64,000 nt of DNA from Candidatus Parvarchaeum sp. Its GTDB lineage: Archaea > Nanobdellota > Nanobdellia > Pacearchaeales > GW2011-AR1. Below, one piece after another: positions 58,241 through 64,000 of the stretch. The position numbers were made by a program, and so were the translations under genes. Every line of letters begins with the position of its first letter. Positions within the stretch are counted from its first letter, which is position 1. The notes under the pieces were generated by a model. That model saw nothing but the letters and a program-made list of their open reading frames with translations, did not search any database and had not been told where the DNA came from. The stretch lies in assembly GCA_020724955.1 (NCBI GenBank), contig DYFY01000001.1, positions 2,046 through 66,045 on the forward strand, written 5' to 3'.

Positions 58241-58453
58241 ATGACAAAAGTGATTTCCATATCTGATGAAGCTTATATGGCCCTGAAAAAGCTTAAAGCA
58301 GAAAAATCTTTTTCAGAAGTTATAATTGAGATAGTAAGCGAGAAAGCCAGAAAAGGCATAATGGATTTTGCAGGAACTCTTTCCAATAAGGAAGGAGCGG
58401 AAATGAAAAAGGCAATTTATTCTGAGAGAAAGCTTAAATCTAGGAGGTTTTAG
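58241..58453 (+). CDS. vapB: VapB-type antitoxin (archaeal 'putative antitoxin' family)
   Basis: MTKVISISDEAYMALKKLKAEKSFSEVIIEI matches the common archaeal VapB N-terminus. Its stop abuts the vapC start. Confidence 0.65.
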   Translation: MTKVISISDEAYMALKKLKAEKSFSEVIIEIVSEKARKGIMDFAGTLSNKEGAEMKKAIYSERKLKSRRF

Positions 58454-58834
58454 ATGATCATAGATTCAGATGTATTAATAAATTTTCTTAGAAATGAGCC
58501 ATCGGCTTTGAGGGCGATAGAGTCATTAAATGAGAACAACGAAAAATTGATTACTACTTCAATTAATTCTTTTGAGTTGTTGAAAGGAGTTTCCAGATTT
58601 TCAAAAGTTAAGCAAGAGCAGGTTAGGAGCTTTCTAACAAACTTTGTAGTTTTAGATTTTGATTTTAAATCTTCTGAAAAAGCTGCAGAAATTTTTAACT
58701 TTCTGAAAGAGGCAGGAAACCCTTTAGATATTGCTGATATTATGATTGCTTCAATAGCAATAACCAACAATCAGCCGTTGCTTACCCAGAATAAAAAACA
58801 TTTTGAGAGAATTAATGAATTAAAGTTTGCTTAA
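58454..58834 (+). CDS. vapC: VapC PIN-domain toxin
   Basis: MIIDSDVLINFL (Asp5) and DIADIMIASIAITNNQPLLTQNKKHF, a typical PIN acidic quartet arrangement. Confidence 0.75.
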   Translation: MIIDSDVLINFLRNEPSALRAIESLNENNEKLITTSINSFELLKGVSRFSKVKQEQVRSFLTNFVVLDFDFKSSEKAAEIFNFLKEAGNPLDIADIMIASIAITNNQPLLTQNKKHFERINELKFA

Positions 58835-58849
58835 CCTTATGAACTTATA

Positions 58850-58920
58850 TGCGATGACGGGGAATCGAACCCCGGTCTGAACGTTGGCAACGTCCTGTTC
58901 TGCCATTAAACTACCATCGC
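58850..58920 (-). tRNA. tRNA-Gly(GCC)
   Basis: Reverse complement: GCGATGG-TA-GTTT-AATGGCA-GAAC-A-GGACG-TTGCCAA-CGTTC-AGAC-CGGGG-TTCGATT-CCCCG-TCATCGC-A. Confidence 0.85.
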
Positions 58921-59199
58921 TTATTGGGAACTAAGTTTTCCCCTAAGGCCTATCCTTTAAACTGAGTCTAGCAACCCTGGAGATATTTGAAAATAAAAGA
59001 AGGAGTTATTTAAAATAATCGGTTTCATAGCTTTTGGTATAGATGAGGAAGTAAGGCTAATAAACTCTAGGCAACAAAAAACCAAACTTGAATATTTCAA
59101 ATAATTAATACGTATTAACACGTGAAGGTATTAGATTATCACAGATTTAATGGTTTAATTGCAGTTACTAAAACTTATCAAAGATGCTTTTCATATCCT

Positions 59200-59694
59200 T
59201 TAATATCCCTTTTCTGCAAGACTTTTTAGATGTTCGGGAGATATTTCTCTTACTTGTCTTATTCCAGAGGTCAGGCTCGGAAAGGTTAATGAATAATAGA
59301 TTGTTCTACCTGATGTTAAGGCCTCTTCTAACCCTGTTCTGGCTTCTATTTCAAAACCAAATTGTCTTCTTCTTAAATCAAATGTTTTTCCTCTGCTTAA
59401 TACTCTGTCTCCTTCTGCATATCTCAAGACAAGAGAGGCTATTTCGCTTTTGTCTCCTTTTTGTTGGGTATAAAGCCCTATTCCTAATCCCTTATTACGG
59501 CTAAGCAGTCTTTCCAAAAAACTTCCTTGTTCTACTTGTATAAGAATCGGAACTTCCCAAGGAGGTTGGTATTTTGTTTGCCATCTGCACATAGTATCTA
59601 CAAGGTTAGAAACCAAAGGAGTTATTGAAACGTCGACTCTATCAGTTCCTTCGTATTCTCTTATTACTGAGGGTCTTGGGATTATTTTTCTCAT
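59200..59694 (-). CDS. Hypothetical protein
   Basis: 164-aa ORF with no motif. Confidence 0.4.
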   Translation of the reverse strand: MRKIIPRPSVIREYEGTDRVDVSITPLVSNLVDTMCRWQTKYQPPWEVPILIQVEQGSFLERLLSRNKGLGIGLYTQQKGDKSEIASLVLRYAEGDRVLSRGKTFDLRRRQFGFEIEARTGLEEALTSGRTIYYSLTFPSLTSGIRQVREISPEHLKSLAEKGY

Positions 59695-59899
59695 CTAATT
59701 CTTACTCAAATGCCTTAAACAGATTGTTTTTATACTTTTTTGTTCTTGGTGCTGTATAATGAACGGGTGATAAAACTATAATTACCGACGACAATTAATT
59801 TTTAACTTTACATAACTTTTTTTGCATTTTTAGAAAATTTTTTCTTTTCAGGGATTATTCCTGCTGAAGTTATATAACCGCTTATTCTATCACCTCTTG

Positions 59900-60172
59900 C
59901 TAAAAGATAGCCGAAGTGCTCTCCTTTTGAGAGATTAAAATGTAATCTGTCCCGCTTTTTGTTTCTCTTATTATCTGAAGGTAAGCTATTCCAAAATCCA
60001 AACCTCTTTCAGATGAAAACCTGATAGCTTTATTAAAATCCAACCATCCTATTGGTTTAGGACACGAAACTCTTATTCCTGTTATAACCTCATCTTTTGA
60101 ATCTCTTCCCTTTTCTTCTGCCTGTTTAGAGATTTGTTCTACAACATTTTCCAATAAATCTTCTTGGGGCAT
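59900..60172 (-). CDS. Hypothetical small protein
   Basis: 90-aa ORF. Confidence 0.3.
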   Translation of the reverse strand: MPQEDLLENVVEQISKQAEEKGRDSKDEVITGIRVSCPKPIGWLDFNKAIRFSSERGLDFGIAYLQIIRETKSGTDYILISQKESTSAIF

Positions 60173-60243
60173 GGCCTTTTTCTGAATTTGTGTGTTTAAA
60201 AGTTTTGCGAAGTTTTTTAAACCATTTTTGCTGTTTTGTTAAG

Positions 60244-60314
60244 GGCCCGTTAGGCTAATGGTAGACCGGCTCGTTTACACCGAGCATGCGGAAGTTCGAT
60301 TCTTCCACGGGCCA
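60244..60314 (+). tRNA. tRNA-Val(TAC)
   Basis: GGCCCGT-TA-GGCT-AATGGTA-GACC-G-GCTCG-TTTACAC-CGAGC-ATGC-GGAAG-TTCGATT-CTTCC-ACGGGCC-A. The D stem has one mismatch. Confidence 0.8.
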
Positions 60315-60749
60315 TTGAAGATGAGCTTAGAGTTGTTGAAAAAAAGGATTGAAGAGAATTTCCCCGAAGATGTTGGAAGAAAGATATGCAGAGAAATAGA
60401 TGAAACTTATTCTGAAAATCTTCTAAAGCTTAATGGAAGTCCATTTTCTCCAGCGTTGGCAGAGAATAAAACTTACAGAACTATAAGTGAGAAATATCCT
60501 CTTCCTGAAATCTCTTCTTCTGAAAAAAGTGCCAGAAGAGCGCCTGAAAGATTACTAAGACACATGATTTACAGGTCAATTTCTTTTTGGCCATTTTAAA
60601 ACAAATCACTACACGACCTAAAATACCCGCAACGATTACATCTGAGTTTGCAGGAAAATTCATGCATTTTGAATCCGCAGACTTCGCAGATTTTGTAATT
60701 GTCTCCCTCTTTCTGATTGTCTATGAATTGCGACTTTAGGATTTTCATT

Positions 60750-61304
60750 TTATATAAAATCAGATATTTTATGTTTTAATTCAAGATAAAGAAGCCAGAC
60801 TACTAAGAGAATGCCGTCCAGAACAGCAGGCGCCAGACTCTGTATTGAATAAGGAAGATAGCCAAATAGATTTATTCCGTAATCTGTGAGAGAGAAGGGA
60901 TAAAGAAAATAAGCCATTTCTCCGAAGAACGCATCAAGAAAAATATGAGCGAAAATTCCTAGGAAAAGCATGAGGAAAATCGTGCTTAATTTCAATTTGT
61001 GTTTTCCTATGTTGCAGAGTCTTGCTTTTGCGTTGATTGGTTTTGTTATTAGAAAAAGCGCCAGGAAAATTATCGGAAAAAACAGAGAGTGCGTGAATGT
61101 TTTATGAATGTCCCAATTATAAGTTCCGGAGAGATTGAGGAAGATAGAAATTATTATATCAATGTCCGGCAGAACTCCGCCTAGTCCGGCGATTAGAGCA
61201 TAATGCAATGGGAAATTTTTTCTTTTTTTCTTGTTTAGAAAGAAGTCTCTGAATATAGAAACTGCCAACATCGGAATAAGTATATGTGCTACTGCCTGCG
61301 GCAT
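60750..61304 (-). CDS. Membrane-bound metal-dependent hydrolase, YdjM/DUF457 family
   Basis: Begins MPQAVAHILIP... with His-containing TM segments (HYALIAGLGGVLPDIDII, DIHKTFTHS), as in YdjM-like proteins. Confidence 0.6.
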   Translation of the reverse strand: MPQAVAHILIPMLAVSIFRDFFLNKKKRKNFPLHYALIAGLGGVLPDIDIIISIFLNLSGTYNWDIHKTFTHSLFFPIIFLALFLITKPINAKARLCNIGKHKLKLSTIFLMLFLGIFAHIFLDAFFGEMAYFLYPFSLTDYGINLFGYLPYSIQSLAPAVLDGILLVVWLLYLELKHKISDFI

Positions 61305-61350
61305 TTTTCACCTATTTTTGATATATGAGGGAAGGAGTTTATAACTTTAA

Positions 61351-62256
61351 CTAAACATGAATCCCTAGTCTTTCTAAGAAAGGAGCTGTTTGGGTGTTTG
61401 GGTTTAACCCTAACTTGGAAGCACATTTTAAGGTTGCTAATCCAATTGCATGCCACACTGCCCCTAGTTTTGCAGGAGCAGTATGAAATTCTTCCGTAAG
61501 GCTGGCATGTTTATATCCTTCAAGGAGAGCATTTACCAAACTTTGAGGATTATTTTCGAACTGCATATAATCTGAAGGCATGTTTATTTTTGCATAAGTT
61601 CTTCCTAGTTCTTGGATTGAGTGTCCATCATCTCCTACAAATCTAAATAAACCTATATTCTGGTCTCTTAGTCTTTTGTAAAGGTCTTCGGCCCTTGTAT
61701 TTGCATGAGGATAACTTCCGAAAACACTCCATTCTGCTTCTCCGCTAAAAACTTGTACTCCATGAAAGTTTCGAATTAGTTCGGGTCTTTTCTCAAACAA
61801 TTTTCCAGCACCTTTGACATGATAAGGTGCAGCTATTATTCCAATAGCACCATATTCTCTTATTTCTAAAGCTGTCTTCATTAAAGGCTCTCCGTGTTTT
61901 ATCGTCTGCTCTGGCGAGTGCCCTATTGCTAAAACATCGCATCCTTCAAGAGTTGTTACTTCCTGTCCATGTATTGCTAGAACATCCAACTCTGGAACAT
62001 AGATTCCGTTGCCTGTGTTTATGGTATCACATCTTAAATTCCTAACAAACATGTCCCATCTTGGATCTCTTTCTTTTGGAGAATCATATCTTAAAACTCC
62101 GAAAATTCCTCCTGGTCCAAGTCTTTTTTCTGCAACTTGAACTGCCCGATTTGCAGTTCTTTTTGAGATATGGCTTGATGTTCTTAAATGATTATCAAGA
62201 CTGGCTCCTACAATTCTTGACTGCCTTTGAGCGACCATTCCGCTTATGTCAACCAT
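61351..62256 (-). CDS. Hypothetical metal-dependent hydrolase, PHP-like (weak)
   Basis: His/Asp-rich blocks (DNHLRTSSH, IHGQE, IGHSPE, AAPYH, GDDGHS) hint at a PHP-type phosphoesterase. No confident family assignment. Confidence 0.4.
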   Translation of the reverse strand: MVDISGMVAQRQSRIVGASLDNHLRTSSHISKRTANRAVQVAEKRLGPGGIFGVLRYDSPKERDPRWDMFVRNLRCDTINTGNGIYVPELDVLAIHGQEVTTLEGCDVLAIGHSPEQTIKHGEPLMKTALEIREYGAIGIIAAPYHVKGAGKLFEKRPELIRNFHGVQVFSGEAEWSVFGSYPHANTRAEDLYKRLRDQNIGLFRFVGDDGHSIQELGRTYAKINMPSDYMQFENNPQSLVNALLEGYKHASLTEEFHTAPAKLGAVWHAIGLATLKCASKLGLNPNTQTAPFLERLGIHV

Positions 62257-62292
62257 ATAATTACCGACGATTAAAAGCTTTTAAGCTTTTTG

Positions 62293-62838
62293 CTAATATC
62301 CGACTAATCCCCTTAAAATATAGCCTACGAAGAAGGCTATTACTGCTGCTAAAGCTCCAATTACGAAAGTTTCCATGGATGTCTTAAAATAATGTTTTCC
62401 GACAACTTTTCCCCTTATCCCTCCTACTATTATGAAAGCGAAGGCAGTAAGTATTGCCGAAATGGTTAATTTTGCGCTTGGAGATATTGGAGTGAAAATC
62501 GCCAATACGAATGAGAAAAGCGGGATAAAACCTATGGCTACGAAGGAGATAAATGTCATCAGACCAGTTTTCACCGGATGTTTTGTCTGTCTCCTGTAAA
62601 ACTTAGAGTCTTTGTGATTTAGATGCAGTTCTGCCTGAGATTTCATTGAAAGATAATTAGACAGGGCCATTGAAAATCCGTCAGCAAACAGGTTTGCGAA
62701 GCCGAGTATCAAAATAATTGAGGCGCTCAATGATGCTCCGAGAGAGCCGGCAACAATTGCAAAAGTTGTAACCGCGCCGTCAATTCCTCCATATACAAAT
62801 TCAGGAAGATATTTGTGGCTGAAACCCTCTTTCTCCAT
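62293..62838 (-). CDS. VIT1/CCC1-family iron/manganese transporter
   Basis: EFVYGGIDGAVTTFAIVAGS matches the VIT-family N-terminal signature. Five TM helices. Confidence 0.7.
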   Translation of the reverse strand: MEKEGFSHKYLPEFVYGGIDGAVTTFAIVAGSLGASLSASIILILGFANLFADGFSMALSNYLSMKSQAELHLNHKDSKFYRRQTKHPVKTGLMTFISFVAIGFIPLFSFVLAIFTPISPSAKLTISAILTAFAFIIVGGIRGKVVGKHYFKTSMETFVIGALAAVIAFFVGYILRGLVGY

Positions 62839-63047
62839 TACAATATATGCTTGAGGATTTTATAAATATAGGCAGGGAATTGTTAAATCTTCGGTGTCTG
62901 AATGGCTAAAAAAAGCTACTTTTTGGATTTGGCTAATTTTATTAAATCCAGCCGTCTTACTTCTAAATATATTTATTTACTAATAATTACTCGCAATAAA
63001 ACTTTACTTATATATACTTTTTAATACTTATAATTACTGCTAAACCA

Positions 63048-63251
63048 ATGGGAATAGAACAGATAAAGATTATCCTTTCTAAAGGTGAGAGTCAGGAAGT
63101 AGAGTTGAAAGAAACTTTTCATAGCAATCAAGATATTAGTAAAATTATATGTGGGTTATCAAACACTCTTGGAGGAGTTCTCTTATTAGGCGTTTCCAAT
63201 GAAGGAAAAGTATTAGGCATTAAAGAAAATTTATTATTAAGAACCAGATAG
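63048..63251 (+). pseudogene. Fragment of an AlbA_2/Schlafen-type putative DNA-binding (AAA-4) domain protein
   Basis: ESQEVELKETFHSNQDISKIICGLSNTLGGVLLLGVSNEGKVLGIKE matches the N-terminal box of AlbA_2 proteins, which are normally over 400 aa. This ORF stops after 67 aa. Confidence 0.45.
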
Positions 63252-63354
63252 ATCCAGCTCACTTCTATCCACTAAAGTAGATAGATTTAAGAGATAAAGT
63301 TAACAATGCGCCATAGGCAGTTAGCTTTATATATGATTAAAAACTGGTTTTGAT

Positions 63355-63999
63355 ATGGAAGGGCAGAACAACAAACCTCATAAAACCGATTTAGGCGGAC
63401 AGCTTTCTTCTCCCGATAGATACATACCTCCTGAACAAATGCCTATTGCAAGCGAAGCGATGAAAGAGGCTGAGAAAACAAAGAAAGAGCTTGATGAATT
63501 CAAGAAGAAGCTTGTTAAAAAATTTCCTTTTGCCATGGCTTTAAGCGTTTTGCCTGTAAATTCCTACAAGATATTTGAAGATGATGAGGGGTTTCTTCCT
63601 GAAGAGATTGAGAAAAAACCGACGCACTTGATTTTTATAATTCCTGAAGACCATTTTAAAGATATTCCAAAAAAGATAAAGCCTGAAGTTATAAAGCTGG
63701 TAGGCGAGAGCAAGCAGAATCTTTGGGTGCATATTAAAACCCCAGTGGATGTCTGGAATTACGGGCTTGACAGCAAACCTGAATTTCTTGACGCCATTGG
63801 AGGGAGTTTCCCTTTGCATGACAATGGATTTCTTGGAGCATTGAGAGTGGCAGTCATACATAAAACTCTTGTGCTGAGAAAGTTTGAAAAGTATGTTGCC
63901 AGCTATGTTGTGGGAGGCAGTTTAGTCAGAGGAACTGCCGAAAAAACGAGCGATGTTGATACTTTTGTGATTATTGATGACACTGATGTAAAAAGAATG
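63355..63999 (+). CDS. Nucleotidyltransferase-fold protein (Pol-beta superfamily) with an N-terminal extension; 3' end beyond the window
   Basis: Hand translation from ATG 63355: MEGQNNKPHKTDLGG...VVGGSLVRGTAEKTSDVDTFVIIDD. The closing GS-x9-13-DxD is the minimal NTase motif. No stop before the window end. Confidence 0.5.
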   Translation, partial: MEGQNNKPHKTDLGGQLSSPDRYIPPEQMPIASEAMKEAEKTKKELDEFKKKLVKKFPFAMALSVLPVNSYKIFEDDEGFLPEEIEKKPTHLIFIIPEDHFKDIPKKIKPEVIKLVGESKQNLWVHIKTPVDVWNYGLDSKPEFLDAIGGSFPLHDNGFLGALRVAVIHKTLVLRKFEKYVASYVVGGSLVRGTAEKTSDVDTFVIIDDTDVKRM

Positions 64000-64000
64000 C

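Noticed and set aside
60258-60599. 113-aa plus-strand ORF starting inside tRNA-Val
   Set aside because: The first ~20 codons are the tRNA itself. A shorter ORF from the internal Met (~60321) is possible but has no support, so it is not called.
1-64000. CRISPR arrays, rRNA genes, RNase P/SRP RNA
   Set aside because: No direct-repeat/spacer periodicity was seen. GC-rich islands other than the eight tRNAs and the 35.5-kb hairpins were not evident in the AT-rich background.

Overview
This is an AT-rich (roughly one-third G+C by eye) archaeal chromosomal segment, judged archaeal from its gene content. It carries eukaryote/archaea-type IleRS, SerRS, a thermosome subunit, archaeal DnaG, RNase HII, an SMC-family ATPase, ribosomal protein uS10 and eight tRNAs. 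tRNA-Asp and tRNA-Tyr have long anticodon-loop introns, and tRNA-Tyr has the archaeal/eukaryotic C1:G72 pair. The reduced metabolic content (purA/guaB salvage, a purN-folC-glyA one-carbon trio, many small membrane proteins) and the long tRNA introns fit a small-genome DPANN-like archaeon. That placement is inference.

Backbone genes: trmB-ileS, rnhB, mscS, fic, guaB-purA, an smc-like gene, nfo, dnaG, an HD dNTPase-like gene, purN-like/folC/glyA, a thymidylate/dNTP-sanitising module (thyX-like, tmk::nudix, mazG-like, tandem nudix), rps10, a kefB-like antiporter, serS, a nitroreductase, an SNF transporter, cobA, dsbA-like, a metzincin protease, a PfkB kinase, the thermosome, and a VIT1 transporter.

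Accessory content: an IS6-family-like insertion sequence at the left edge, beside an AN1 zinc-finger gene that runs off the window. One canonical vapBC pair, plus a convergent RHH/PIN pair. A decayed defense island downstream of tRNA-Asp: a zinc-ribbon protein and a large HEPN (Rx4H) protein, followed by a frameshifted/truncated type I hsdM and a Dam-like methylase remnant. A ~180-bp MITE-like element with terminal inverted repeats, present in two copies. No CRISPR array and no rRNA were seen.

The most unusual single gene is the SMC-family ATPase, which has a Rad50-like CxxC zinc hook where a hinge domain would be.
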